Shown here piece by piece: positions 35,147 through 48,680 of a stretch of 64,000 nucleotides of DNA. Source of the stretch: Laetmonice hystrix (taxonomy: Eukaryota); assembly GCA_965235115.1 (NCBI GenBank), contig OZ249436.1, positions 42,844,001 through 42,908,000 on the forward strand. Reading direction: 5' to 3'. The number at the start of each line of letters is the position of its first letter. Within the stretch, counting starts at the first letter, position 1. The notes beneath the pieces are model-generated. The model saw only the letters and a list, made by a program, of their open reading frames with translations. It had not been told where the DNA came from and ran no database searches. A program made the position numbers and the translations under genes.

Positions 35147-35697
35147 ATTCTGACGGCGGTATTCCCTAATGCTAAAGCCGAGGCTAAAAATGAAATTATT
35201 CATATCATCAATTGTTGCATTGGTATATCTCTGCTTGAACCCCAGAGGATTTACAGCGATCAGTTGACACCGAAGACGAATCACGCGTATTTATACCCAA
35301 GTTTATATGTTGATATTTAATTTCATTTGTATGGATCGTTGCCAGAACGTCGCTCAACATGACCTCGGTTTTTATCGCGTACTGTTGGATGAATTGTATC
35401 TAATGAGTCAGCAGGTAACAGTATCATGCAGCAGGAGCGTAGACAAAAATCTAAAAATGGAAGACACAGTTTTGAGGTAGAACATTTCACATAATGATAT
35501 TATATTGTATATTCATATATTGCGGACGTCTCCCGGCCCATTCTGACCCTGACGGTCACGCTGGACCGAACTAGGAGAACAGACATTTTGAAATTCTGAA
35601 TTGAAATGTTGGATTCCGTCTGGGACTGGGAAGTCAATACCAAACAAATATCGCAGATTCTCAAGACAAGTGCAGGCACACTGCAGGCTTCTGGTTA

Positions 35698-35813
35698 GTT
35701 TCCTATACTGACATTCGTACGAAATTAGAGGTAGAAGATTGGGGTACGGACAGGGAGAGGGATCGATCTCAGTCCTTACTTCTACATTTCGTGGAGATTC
35801 TACCATACGAAAT
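35698..35813 (+). mobile_element. G-core TIR family element, copy D (short)
   Basis: Left TTTCCTATACTGACATTCGTACGAAATT and right ATTTCGTGGAGATTCTACCATACGAAAT, with a short G-rich core between them. Confidence 0.5.
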
Positions 35814-36202
35814 CTACTGTCCTTGTCTTATTGTAAGAGGAAAACCTTGGAAATTAAAGGATACAACATTTATTGACAACTGTTAATTAGAAGAAATTGT
35901 TAATTGGAAGAGCATTGATTGAGGTACAATATAGGCCTGCGTTCCATTGCCGCCGTAGATACCGATGACGACACGGCAGTAATTACCAGGTGATCGCACT
36001 GATGTATACGCAATATTTAAATGGTATCAGCATGGTGAACCACCTTCACTTCGGTAACGTCTAAAGGCAAAACATGTCGTTAAGAATATTAAAATTTAGT
36101 ACACGCTTGCATTGAAGATCTGTCACCCTCTTGTGCTTCGTGCCCTATATAAGCCCTCGGTTCCGCCTCGAGCCCATAAGCAGGCCATAGGGCATTCGGC
36201 CG

Positions 36203-37205
36203 TACCAGTATCTTACCGGAACTCTGTCACAAACGTGGAGCCTGGCACCCGGTATATAAAGTCCATGACCATACCAGTATCTTACCGGGACTCTGTCACA
36301 AACATGGAGCCTGGCACCCGGTATATAAAGTCCATGACCATACCAGTATCTTACCGGAACTCTGTCACAAACGTGGAGCCTGGCACCCGGTATATAAAGT
36401 CCATGACCATACCAGTATCTTACCGGAACTCTGTAACAAACATGGAGCCTGGCACCCGGTATATAAAGTCCATGACCATACCGGTATCTTACCGGGACTC
36501 TGTAACAAACATGGAGCCTGGCACCCGGTATATAAAGTCCATGACCATACCAGTATCTTACCGGAACTCTGTAACAAACATGGAGCCTGGCACCCGGTAT
36601 ATAAAGTCCATGACCATACCAGTATCTTACCGGAACTCTGTAACAAACATGGAGCCTGGCACCCGGTATATAAAGTCCATGACCATACCAGTATCTTACC
36701 GGAACTCTGTGACAAACATGGAGCCTGGCACCCGGTATATAAAGTCCATGACCATACCAGTATCTTACCGGAACTCTGTAACAAACATGGAGCCTGGCAC
36801 CCGGTATATAAAGTCCATGACCATACCAGTATCTTACCGGAACTCTGTAACAAACATGGAGCCTGGCACCCGGTATATAAAGTCCATGACCATACCAGTA
36901 TCTTACCGGAACTCTGTTACAAACGTGGAGCCTGGCACCCGGTATATAAAGTCCATGACCATACCAGTATCTTACCGGAACTCTGTAACAAACATGGAGC
37001 CTGGCACCCGGTATATAAAGTCCATGACCATACCAGTATCTTACCGGAACTCTGTAACAAACATGGAGCCTGGCACCCGGTATATAAAGTCCATGACCAT
37101 ACCAGTATCTTACCGGAACTCTGTAACAAACATGGAGCCTGGCACCCGGTATATAAAGTCCATGACCATACCAGTATCTTACCGGAACTCTGTAACAAAC
37201 ATGGA
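36203..37205. repeat. 69-bp minisatellite, about 14.5 copies
   Basis: Unit TACCAGTATCTTACCGGAACTCTGTAACAAACATGGAGCCTGGCACCCGGTATATAAAGTCCATGACCA. Confidence 0.97.
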
Positions 37206-38024
37206 TGCTGAGATGTGAAGCCATTATGATCTCGTTTATTCAAGATTGACCGCTTTAGATGCGGACTGATCACAACAGGTTATTGTCTTTCTGACATCGT
37301 ACCGTTTGACCTTGACATCGTACCGTTTGTCCTTGAAGGCACCCAGTGTATTAATATACGCCAACGTCTCTTCCTCAACTTTCTTAAGTGTAGTTCATGT
37401 ATATATTTGCCAGTAGAAGCCATGTATAGATGGCCTTGACGGCGTGGCTCGCTGACTTGGGACGATGCCGTATAAAAAACGTCTTAGATGACCTTGGTCA
37501 TTCGGGAATCCTCGGCCATATCTTCGAAAGTAGCCTCGGGTGAAACAGGTGCCATTTTGAGCATTGCATCTAGGGTACATTTAGCCGGGACTCTCGACAG
37601 CATAGCAGTGCTTGCAGTATTTTGTCTGCATCAGGCATGGAAGCAACTAAAATAGGCCTACAATGCTTTCCCCGAAGTCAGTGGTCAATATTACAATAGT
37701 ATCATGTCATGATACAACTTAAATTACAACATGATTACAAGTAGTCCTACCATGTGTCAGGCCAGTGTCGTACGCGTGTCGTACATGGGCGCGGCCATAT
37801 TGCTTCCCAGAATTTAATAAATTACCGTATTGACGCCCATTTAGGTAAATTGGGTGATTCATTTTTCTTCTTCAAACGTTCCCCTTCATACCAGAAATTT
37901 ATATTTGCACATACAACGCCGAAGGAGCGGGTGTCAATAATGCACTACTTCCTGGCTCGATGGGATATGACGGTTCACTCAGTGCCTCGCTACACACCTC
38001 CATTTGGCGGTGTATCTGGTTGCC

Positions 38025-38079
38025 AAACATGGCCGCTATTCCACCCGAGGGTATATTCGAATAGCAGGAAGTGACGTCA
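38025..38079 (+). promoter_or_regulatory. YY1-like motif plus overlapping ETS-CRE composite motif
   Basis: AAACATGGCCGC at about 38025 and CAGGAAGTGACGTCA at 38065-38079. Motif match only. Confidence 0.35.
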
Positions 38080-40086
38080 TATGCCCGAGGGAGTCCCGAA
38101 TGGACCTTGGTTTGCCGGGATTGGAAAAGGTGACCTTGACCTTGGTGGCTGGGCAGGCGGTGAGCCGTGAAGCATGACGGGAGGAGTGGTTGGTTGTGTT
38201 GATTAGGAGGCGGGGAGGGGGGGGGGAGTTAGAGACGGGGGTGGGGGTGAGGAGGGGTGGGGGTGGTGGTGAAGAGGGGTTGGGGCAGGCCGGGGACATT
38301 AGCCAAACGTATCAGGGATCGCCAGCAGGGAGAGGACACTCTCCGTTATGACAACCCCGAACGTGGTCACTACAGGTCACTCAGTGCACTGCTCCTCCAC
38401 CTCGTTCTCGGGCCGCCTCCATCTCACTAATAACGTCCCGGAGACGTTTTACCATGTTCTATATGAGACGTTTTACCATGTTATATATGAGACCGAGAGC
38501 AAGCTATTAACCTGATTGAAACCTCCGAGTCTGGCGTCTACGCCTCATAATTTCTTCTATAAGTTGTGAAGATGAATCAATCACGAGTTTGATGTTAATG
38601 TATCGCTGCCAGTGATAAAGGTAAGCCATTGTGAAGCAGTATCTTGAGCATAGGTCAAGTAAGTGATTAAAAATGAAATAATCTCTTTGGGACTGCGATG
38701 TAATTAATGACCCTGGTTGGCGATCATGATCTGACGGTATTGTGAAAGAATTCCAATCTTTACAGCCGTAGTATGATCGAAAGGGTCCCTAAACAAAGTC
38801 TTTAGTCTTTAAGAGGATTTGTTCTGGAGCTCCAAGCCTCTAAGATGGATGCCATTGTCTACCATAGAATATAAAATATAACATTTCTTTATGATAATCT
38901 TTACAATGGCATGATAAAAGAGCATGCCATTGATAATTTCCAACGATAAAGCATTCCCGGAGTGCGGTAGAGAGTAGAAAGCGGCTTACAAATGGATTTC
39001 TAATATATTTTTTCGGGGTGTAAGATAGTAAACTAGGACGGCTTTCTACTCCTCAAAGACGTAGTATGACGCGTAGTGGCTCTCTCAGGCAATACAAAAC
39101 AGGAAATGAAGATATCTGTCAGGCCGGTGGCCAGTTAACTTATACTTTGTAAGAGGTCAGCAGACATCCATTACTCATGGTGTTGTAAACGGAAGATACA
39201 AGCATTGTGTGACCTTTCAAGGTCATACAAATGGTGGTAAGGTTGACCGTTATGTTTTTATCTCCATACTTTCATGTACGTTATTCTCTGAGAGCTCTCT
39301 GTTTGACCAGGGTGAGGTTACAGATAACAGTTCCATTTCGTTCTCTGATTGACAGGAGGAACAGATTGTTCTAGTGATGCAAGCCTTGATTTTTATGGTC
39401 TTCGCCACGGTCGTGACATGTCTAAAGGAAAGATGGCCCTCAGAGACATGTGGCTAGGATAATATTAACCTATTTGAGAGGATTCCAGCTCTGTGTCGTG
39501 GATGAAGCCATTTATGTGAGCCTCCTCTATGCTATCAGTGCGTGGGTGACTTTAATAATGACAGCACACATTGAAGGAGCCACTCGCTGGGCCAGGCCGG
39601 TGCTGGTCGTTTGATGGACAAATAATGGAGGCAGGCTCTGTAAATCATGCCTGGCTTCTCATACCAATAGATTACTTTTTTAATCTTATTTATCGTAGAT
39701 TCATATCGACTCCTGGAGCGGGGACCTATTTCATTTTCCGGGATTTAAATGTGGATGAGGTCACCTAATGTGGAGGGGTCAGAACGATCTGGCTGGTCGG
39801 GCCCCCAGATATACACCCCCTACCCCCCGCCCCCGGCCCCCCTACCCCCTGGGCCCCGGCATTCATTGATCATTCCCAGCATGTGGTCGCCCAATATCCT
39901 ACTCCCTTTTCAAACAGTATCCCTTTGAGATTATAATAGGGTTACTGTGCCTCCTGACCTCTGACCTTTCAGTGTAGACTCTATAAACGCAGCAGGTCGG
40001 GTAGGATCAGGAAGATATCATTCGACGCGCACAGTGACTGCGACCCCAGAATAGATGGGAATAAAAAACGTACGGTCAGTAGACTG

Positions 40087-40782
40087 AGATGGTTGGGTGG
40101 GGTATGATGTGAGGTGAATGAAGTAAGTGTGGTGGATAGCGTGTGGGGCTCGGTATGGGGCACGGCTCTGATCGTCATGAAGCCAGGCAGATGGTTGGGT
40201 GGGGTATGATGTGAGGTGAATGAAGTAAGTGTGGTGGATAGCGTGTGGGGCTCGGTATGGGGCACGGCTCTGATCGTCATGAAGCCAGGCAGATGGTTGG
40301 GTGGGGTATGATGTGAGGTGAGTGTGGTGGATAGCGTGTGGGGCTCGGTATGGGGCACGGCTCTGATCGTCATGAAGCCAGGCAGATGGTTGGGTGGGGT
40401 ATGATGTGAGGTGAATGAAGTGACTGTGGTGGATAGCGTGTGGGGCTCGGTATGGGGCACGGCTCTGATCGTCATGAAGCCAGGCAGATGGTTGGGTGGG
40501 GTATGATGTGAGGTGAGTGTGGTGGATAGCGTGTGAGGCTCGGTATGGGGCACGGCTCTGATCGTCATGAAGCCAGGCAGATGGTTGGGTGGGGTATGAT
40601 GTGAGGTGAATGAAGTGAGTGTGGTGGATAGCGTGTGGGGCTCGGTATGGGGCACGGCTCTGATCGTCATGAAGCCAGGCAGATGGTTGGGTGGGGTATG
40701 ATGTGAGGTGAATGAAGTGAGTGTGGTGGAGAGCGTGTGGGGCTCGGTATGGGGCATGGCTCTGATCGTCATAAAGCCAGGC
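40087..40782. repeat. 102/93-bp tandem repeat, about 7 copies
   Basis: Unit CAGATGGTTGGGTGGGGTATGATGTGAGGTG(AATGAAGTG)AGTGTGGTGGATAGCG..GAAGCCAGG. Confidence 0.95.
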
Positions 40783-40929
40783 TCGGCGTGTGATGGACAG
40801 CATTCGCTCCGAATAATAGTTTTCTTAAAAAGAGGAAAAAAGGAAAACTGGATCAATTGGGCCATCTTCATTGAATAGGGAACGCTTAACGGAACCAGGT
40901 GGTTTGTGAACACGCAGGTTCGGATCTCT

Positions 40930-41085
40930 GGGGCCAGTCTTACTAACGATGATCCCAGCATAATCCCCACCAAAGTCCCCAGATCAGGGATTTCCCTGTT
41001 GTGAGGTGTCTTAGTAAAAAGTCCAATCATTGAAACAGTGTTGGGGGATGCCCTGATTTGCGGAGTGGCATTCTTAGGAAGACGA
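40930..41085. mobile_element. Probable degenerate MITE
   Basis: Left end GGGGCCAGTCTTACTAA; a decayed mirror TTAGGAAGACG lies at about 41074-41084. Confidence 0.35.
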
Positions 41086-41574
41086 ACTTTACTGAGACCA
41101 TTTTATTTCGACTCCCAAGCACTGATATGCTATATGACCATGAAGACATTCATGGTAATATAGCATACATATATGCTATATTACCATGAAGACATTCATG
41201 GTTTGGAAGGTGAGAATGAACATATAGATTTACTCGTGTGAGAGACTATTACATGTCCATGTTCATGCGCTCCGACATCCTATGGTGGTGAGGGTGGGGG
41301 TGGGGGAATTTGCACCTGTTCTGCTGTCTGGAGATATATACACAGAGGGTTCAGTAAGTGAGACCCTCTCATGATTTCACGGCCCTTGTAATGCGAGGCG
41401 ACAGGGTAGATATATTGAGGGGTGGATTAGTACAGGGACGACCGAGGACGGCGGGAACAGTTAGACAGGTAGACGTCAATCAAACGTATATTGTTACATA
41501 TGGTTATACGTATATTGTTATATCTAGTTATGTAGGTATACGTATTGGCGGTGATATGTATGGTAATGTGCAAT

Positions 41575-42062
41575 GTAATGTATTGTAATGCATTTTAGTG
41601 TATTGTAATGTATTGTTCTGTATTGCAATGTTTTGTCCTGCATGGTAATGTATTGTTCTGTATTGCAATGTTTTGTCCTGTATTGTCCTGTATTGTTCTG
41701 TATTGCAATGTATTGTTCTGTATTGCAATGTATTGTTCTATATTGCCATGTATTGTTCTGTATTGCAATGTATTGTTCTGTATTGTAATGTATTGTGCTG
41801 TATTGTAATGTATTGTTCTGTATTGCAATGTATTGTTCTGTATTGTAATGTATTGTTCTGTATTGAAATGTATTGTTCTGTATTGAAATGTATTGTTCTG
41901 TATTGCAATGTATTGTTCTGTATTGCAATGTATTCTGTATTGTCCTGTATTGCAATGTATTGTTCTGTATTATAATGTATTGTTCTGTATTGCAATGTAT
42001 TGTTCTGTATTGCAATGTATTGTTCTGTATTGTCCTGTATTGCAATGTATTGTTTTGTATTG
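41575..42062. repeat. Pentamer-based microsatellite (TGTATTGTTC / TGTATTGCAA)n
   Basis: 10/20-bp periodicity. Confidence 0.95.
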
Positions 42063-42590
42063 CTCGATATAGTCAGTTAGTATGATGTACGTCTCCAGAT
42101 CTCCTGACATGATATGACTTGATGATTGTGAACAGTGATTGTTACCCGGGACAAAGGTTGATAAGTGCGGGGGTGGTTGGTGGGTGGCCTGATATATTTC
42201 GTAACAGAGTCGGTAATCGGAGATCAATATCCAAACGTGTTCGGGCGTCGCCATCTTCTAAACTTCAAAGTCGCTGCAGCGGCAGAAAATCGTTCTCAAA
42301 TGAGAAGTCATGTAAAAACATAAGTTCGCCAGATTTCGCTTGCCTTAGAATATAATTCACGTCGCTGGAGCGACTGGAATATTGGCCTGCATTCGTACAC
42401 ATCTTATATTTCACGGTTTTTCTACACTTGGCCTAATTCTGAGGGGCTAACAGATCGGTTGTTGTGAAAACGTTGGGTTAGGACAGATAATAATGATGAT
42501 GCTGAGTGTCAAGGAACCTCCGGCCCACTGGGGTCACGTGAGTCTAATTGGGACCAGGGGACCAGGGGACCAGGGGACCAGGGGACCAGG

Positions 42591-42830
42591 GGGGAGTTGC
42601 ACTAACGGTCCTAGAAGCGAATTGAGTTTAGGACCAATTTTTAGCTTTCATTAAAACCCATATGTCCAAGGCTAAAAATGTGTATTGACTATTTTTATTA
42701 CTTCGTTGAGTTAAAAGACACTATTAGAAATGAAAAAAGAAAATTATAACCTTCACCATTCGTCTAGGACAATTATTTAAAATCTGGTCCAGTCCTACGT
42801 AGAACCAGTCCTAACGTTAGTGCACCCCCC
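42591..42830. mobile_element. MITE with an AT-rich body
   Basis: TIR GGGGAGTTGCACTAACG / CGTTAGTGCACCCCCC and internal TAGGACCA / TGGTCC symmetry. Confidence 0.6.
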
Positions 42831-42856
42831 CCCCCCCCCAAGGGGACAAGATCAAC

Positions 42857-42976
42857 CGTGCGTTCAGAATCACGTGACGTCACAATACGCTATGTAACGT
42901 AACGCCAAGACAGTTCGTAACGTTCTATAACGTTTTGTGACGCTACGTGCTGCTGACGCGCTGCTGAACGCACCCT
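42857..42976. mobile_element. MITE related to 6979-7089
   Basis: GTGCGTTCAG..CACGTGACGTCACAA mirrored by TTGTGACGCTACGTGCTG..CTGAACGCACCC. Confidence 0.6.
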
Positions 42977-44784
42977 GAGTGACTTCTTCGAATTTAAAGA
43001 AATGAGGTAAAACATAAATAAAACCATGGTTTTAAGTTTGTTAGAAGTGCATTAAATCCTCGTGAACGTCTAATGGAAAAACACAATTGCCGTTTGTGGT
43101 CACGTAATAAGTCTAAAAAACCTTAGCATGAATTCTGGAGAGTGCCTTCCATGAACCGTAATTTCTTTAATTTAAAACGCCATCCCTGATTGGACAGGCA
43201 TTGTGGCCATAAAGATAACGTTTATGTATTACCCATTGGATTTCATTAAATCACAAACTCGATCGAGGAGATGTCTCGGCTAGCCTTTCAAAGATCTCCA
43301 TCCATTTCAGGCGGTCACGGCAGCAGTCATGAAATTTATGGTTTTAACAACCGCGGGTCGTTGAGTTCATGTGTTCGTAAGTGTTTTAGTGGCAAGAATT
43401 AATCTTTATTATTTTGTTCGAGAGGGGACAACATTACTTTGGAGTCGTTATAAATACGATTTAATATCCGGAAACCCCGTCCAGCCGAGTGTACGCCGGG
43501 TTATCATTCAAACAGTTGACCCAGCCTGTTGTCATAACTCTAGCAAATTACTCTATTGAATCCATATGAACTTTTCAATACCCAGTTTTGTCTTTCCTCA
43601 AACTTTGAAAGCTGAACACATGAGGATACCTCATCAGTCTTTTATCATTTGACGTGCACAAAGAGTGCACCGATGGCGTTCCGTACTGAGCAGGCAATGC
43701 GGAAATATTCCGATTCGATCTTCTCAACAATTCACGACGTAGTCGTACCGGAAGTGGGTTATCCTTTGATATTTTAACGTCATGTTCTTCTTCCAACGGT
43801 CACGTAACAGGGCCAAGTCACGTGGGCTCACGGAGACATTTGATTGGTCAATGATTCGACATCAGTAATGTCATAGGGGGCCCGGTCTGCGACCATTGCC
43901 GCATGCAGTGAAGGTGTTCCTTGGTTCCTTGCACCAGGCCTAGAGATGTAATCTAGACACTTCTGTCGACGTGGGGCAGGAATTAGGAGAACAGGCATTG
44001 ATGTGTAGATTCTGCTCTAAAACGGCATGTTCCTGTCTACCTCCATTCCATGTGACCAGTGTTCTCTAATTAATTAAGACTCAATCCCTGCTTCATTTAA
44101 CTCCTGTATCCGCCCGCCGACTGGAGGAGCAATCTGTCGCCGGTCTGTCTCTCCAACATTCATTCCCAGCACGTCTGGCCTAGCACACCGCCCCGCCACC
44201 CAAACCCATAATAGTTCCCTCATTATGGCCCCACAAACACACATGGTTCCCTCATTATCGCCCACAAACACACGTGATCCCTCATTATCGCCCCACATAC
44301 ACACGTGCTCCTCTTATTATCGCCCACAGTCGCCCGGCGGGTTGGCATGAAGGGACCCTAATCTGATGGTTTGTCGGGTTTTGTGTTAGCTGCGATGTGG
44401 AAGGTTTTTAGAGGGCGGAGTTGTAGAGGAATCTTTCAATGGGGCTCATTTCGTGACCACTGAATATGTCAATGTGCTTCCGATGTCAGAGTGTCACTGT
44501 GTCACTGTGAGTGTGTGTATCCAATACTCAATTTGTGGTGAACCGACATGTCCTACTGACGGTAACTCTCTGTATGTGACGTTAAATCATGGTGCCAGGA
44601 AGGTCGACTGAAGTGAGTATTCTGCGTGTCACACGCAGTGAAACAGTGAGTAAGGCATACATGCGTGGGGGGGGGGGATGTAAAATCCTCTCTTTTTTGC
44701 ATTCCAAAGATAATTGTGAAAGTAAAGCCTGTAGTGACGGAATTTTCCCGAAATCATTCCGAAAATCGTCCTCCTGTCCCGCCG

Positions 44785-44953
44785 AGTAGCAGTTGAGGAG
44801 TTATAGACGTACATTCTGTGTGTTATTGTAGCAGTTGAGGAGTTATAGACGTACATTCTGTGTGTTATTGTAGCAGTTGAGGAGTTATAGACGTACATTC
44901 TGTGTGTTATTGTAGCAGTTGAGGAGTTATAGACGTACATTCTGTGTGTTATT
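44785..44953. repeat. 42-bp minisatellite, 4 copies
   Basis: Unit GTAGCAGTTGAGGAGTTATAGACGTACATTCTGTGTGTTATT. Confidence 0.95.
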
Positions 44954-45454
44954 AGTGCAGTGATTAATTCTACCATAATTATGGAAATGAGGTGCAAATT
45001 ATCTCTTGTCGGGACCTGCTTACGGAGTGGATATCAAGGAAAACAATGAGCGGCTGAATAAAATCCTAACCAAAGGATAACTTGAATGAGACGCGCTCAA
45101 AAACTACTCGCTCAACAATGGACTAATTTCGTCTCCGGAAGGAGTGTGAAACACGCGGAGAGATTCGTGTGTGTGTGTGGTCTGACGAAGTAATTCCTTG
45201 GTAATGGTTGAGACTGTACTGTCGTATTACGGTAATAATTCAGGTTTTTTTTGGGTTTGAGTACTTGGAGGCTGGGTGTGATTGTAAAGGTTTATAATAT
45301 TGCTGCCGTCGTGTAGGCCTAGTACTTACTGTGTGCAGCCAGAGCTTCTAATCCATATCTCCTGAAAATAGTAACGGCACATTCCTTTAATTAGATTCTG
45401 TAGTTTGCGGGTGTTATTATAATACAGACCTCCAGCGCCCCCGGTGTGTGTCTG

Positions 45455-45456
<2 letters not shown>

Positions 45457-45501
<45 letters not shown>

Positions 45502-45513
45502 GGGGAGAGAGAG

Positions 45514-45553
<40 letters not shown>

Positions 45554-45756
45554 GAGCGAGAGAGGAGAGAGAGAGGGGAGAGAGAGAGAGAGAGAGGAGC
45601 GAGAGAGGAGAGAGAGAGGGGAGAGAGAGAGAGAGGAGAGAGAGAGGAGAGAGAGAGGGAGAGAGAGGAGAGAGAGAGAGAGAGGAGCGAGAGAGGAGAG
45701 AGAGAGGAGAGAGAGAGAGGAGAGAGAGAGAGAGGAGCGAGGGAGGAGAAAGAGAG

Positions 45757-45805
<49 letters not shown>

Positions 45806-45968
45806 GGAGAGAGATATACAGCGAGAAAGGGGAGAGAGCGAGAGAGAGAGCGCGCGCGAGAGGGAGAGAGAGACAGAGAAAGACAGATTAAGACAGAGAG
45901 AGAGAAAAAGGGAGGGAGGGAGAGAGGGAGGGAGGGACAGAGAGACAGAGACAGAGAGACAGACAGAG
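45457..45968. repeat. Long imperfect (GA)n microsatellite
   Basis: Polypurine tract of about 500 bp. Confidence 0.95.
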
Positions 45969-46849
45969 AATAGAATAGAATTTATATAACGAGGTTTTGA
46001 AACCACACGCTTGGTGTGTCGTCATCAACGTCATAACCGTCCTGGTTCAATGTAAAACAATACTCCACTCTCCTCAATCACCGTTGTCATTCCGTTTCGT
46101 CCGTTCCGGATGTTGAAACGTTTTCTAACCACCCAGATTGATTCCCATTATCGCATGGATGTCAGTGCCGTTCCGTCCGCCGCGGGTAACTGTAAAATAG
46201 AACTCAGGTTCCTGTTGTGTACGAAGATGAATCAATGCAAAGATGGCTTCAACACAGACGTTTCAGCCAGGGAGGTGATTGCTAAGTACTTCACCCCCTC
46301 CCTCGCACCCCTCACCGCACGCCACACCGCACCCCACCCCCGCCCACCCCTGCCGCTGCTAGTTGGCAGTTGGCGTGTCTCCAGCAGGCTGAGAATAGCA
46401 CATCGTCAAGTTAATTATAAATTATTTGTCACTGGTGTCACCTCCTCCCTTCGTGCGGTCGTGAAGTGATAGTGGATGGGTGACGGACCGTTTGGATCGA
46501 TCGGTCCATGCTGGTCCTTTGTCTTCAAGTTCCACATGTGAGGCGACCATCACGGTTTGGATTGCATGATCGAAGGCCATCGATTCAATAAGTGTTCTCC
46601 CGAGTTGAGATCGTCTAGTGAGTGTGGTGTGTACCATGGCACACGCACGCAGAGATTGGCACCTGATATGTTAGCTTTCACCAGTTATATTTTGATCTAT
46701 GTTTGACAGCAGTTATATATACACATGTCTGGCAGTGTTTATTGGACAGCCCTTTCCCACACACATATCACAACGAATTGAACCTCTTGTCTCTTAGATC
46801 ACAATAAGGAGAGTTACATCTTAGTATTTGGTGATCACATCCGACGGGC

Positions 46850-47970
46850 CTCAGCATGGTGGACAAATTTATCTACTATAGATAATGACTGATCCCAACC
46901 ATGATCATGTCTCAGCATGGTGGACACATCTATCTACTATAGATAATGACTGATCCCAACCATGATCATGTCTCAGCATGGTGGACACGTCTATCTACTA
47001 TAGATAATGACTGATCCCAACCATGATCCTGTCTCAGCATGGTGGACACATCTATCTACTATAGATAATGACTGATCCCAACCATGATCATAACGGGTCT
47101 CAGCATGGTGGACACATCTATCTACTATAGATAATGACTGATCCCAACCATGATCCTGTCTCAGCATGGTGGACAAATCTATCTACTATAGATAATGACT
47201 GATCCCAACCATGATCATGTCTCAGCATGGTGGACACATCTATCTACTATAGATAATGACTGATCCCAACCATGATCATGTCTCAGCATGGTGGACACAT
47301 CTATCTACTATAGATGATGACTGATCCCAACCATGATCCTGTCTCAGCATGGTGGACAAATCTATCTACTATAGATAATGACTGATCCCAACCATGATCA
47401 TGTCTCAGCATGGCGGACACATGTATCTACTATAGATAATGGCTGATCCCAACCATGATCATGTCTCAGCATGGTCGACAAATCTATCTACTATAGATAA
47501 TGACTGATCCCCACCATGATCATGTCTCAGCATGGTGGACAAATCTATCTACTATAGATAATGGCTGATCCCAACCATGATCATGTCTCAGCATGGTCGA
47601 CAAATCTATCTACTATAGATAATGACTGATCCCAACCATGATCATAACGGGTCTCAGCATGGTGGACAAATCTATCTACTATAGATAATGACTGATCCCA
47701 ACCATGATCATAACGGGTCTCAGCATGGTGGACAAATCTATCTACTATAGATAATGGCTGATCCCAACCATGATCATGTCTCAGCATGGTGGACAAATCT
47801 ATCTACTATAGATAATGACTGATCCCAACCATGATCATGTCTCAGCATGGTGGACAAATCTATCTACTATAGATAATGACTGATCCCAACCATGATCATA
47901 ACGGGTCTCAGCATGGTGGACACATCTATCTACTATAGATAATGACTGATCCCAACCATGATCATGTCTC
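46850..47970. repeat. 61-bp minisatellite (66-bp variant), about 18 copies
   Basis: Unit CTCAGCATGGTGGACAMATCTATCTACTATAGATAATGACTGATCCCAACCATGATCATGT. The variant has AACGG inserted. Confidence 0.96.
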
Positions 47971-48403
47971 CTAGTTTGTTATGACAGCCTTTGTTATCCC
48001 TTTTCTCGATGTTAAATAACATTATGTGAGGATGATTCTGTTTTTACTACATCTATAATCCCCCTATCATTCGACCTTACTTCACGCTTTGTGACATTAG
48101 TAGCCAAACCTACTGCTATGATCACCGTTCAACGAGTCATGTGTTTGCAACTTGCCATTTACATCAGGCTTGAAGTACTTAGATGTGTAAATGTAGCGCT
48201 CTCAGTGGGGCTGTCTGATGGGGTGAGACTGGCCATGTTTAGCCCGTAATGTGCCGTAAATGGCCCGTATCTGACCCCATCTCAGAGCCGGCGGGGATGA
48301 AGGTGTTGATTGAAACCACTTGATGCGCGATCGTTGTGGCTGTCCACATAAAACGGTCAATCATCATCATCATGGGGTGGTCATGGCGAACAGGACCGCG
48401 GGG

Positions 48404-48680
48404 GGTGGACTTGTCCGGGTGGACCTGTCCGGGTGGACCTGTCCGGGTGGATTGTCCGGGTGGACTTGTCGGGGTGGATTGCCCGAGTGGTCCTGTCCGG
48501 GTAGATTGTCCGGGTGGACTTCTCCGGGTGGATTGTCCGGGTGGACTTGTCCGGGTGGACTTGTCCGGGTGGATTGTCCGGGTGGACTTGTCCGGGTGGA
48601 TTGTCCGGGTGGACTTGTCCGGGTGGACTTGTCCGGGTGGACTTGTCCGGGTGGATTGTCCGGGTGGACTTGTCCGGGTG
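48404..48680. repeat. 13/14-bp minisatellite
   Basis: (GGTGGACTTGTCCG / GGTGGATTGTCCG)n. Confidence 0.95.

Noticed and set aside
36112..37224. 368-aa and 359-aa ORFs with 23-aa repeats
   Set aside because: 69-bp array open on both strands, with no unique coding flanks or splice support.
40850..41030. Minus-strand peptide GTLVGIMLGSSL...KMAQLI reminiscent of dUTPase motifs
   Set aside because: The catalytic GxIDxDYxG motif is absent and much of the segment overlaps a MITE-like element, so this is probably coincidence. A Pfam dUTPase HMM search would settle it.
46208..46274. Candidate next exon in phase with the 21.4-kb exon
   Set aside because: The acceptor lacks a pyrimidine tract, the donor (GTGATT) is weak, and the peptide is not recognisable.
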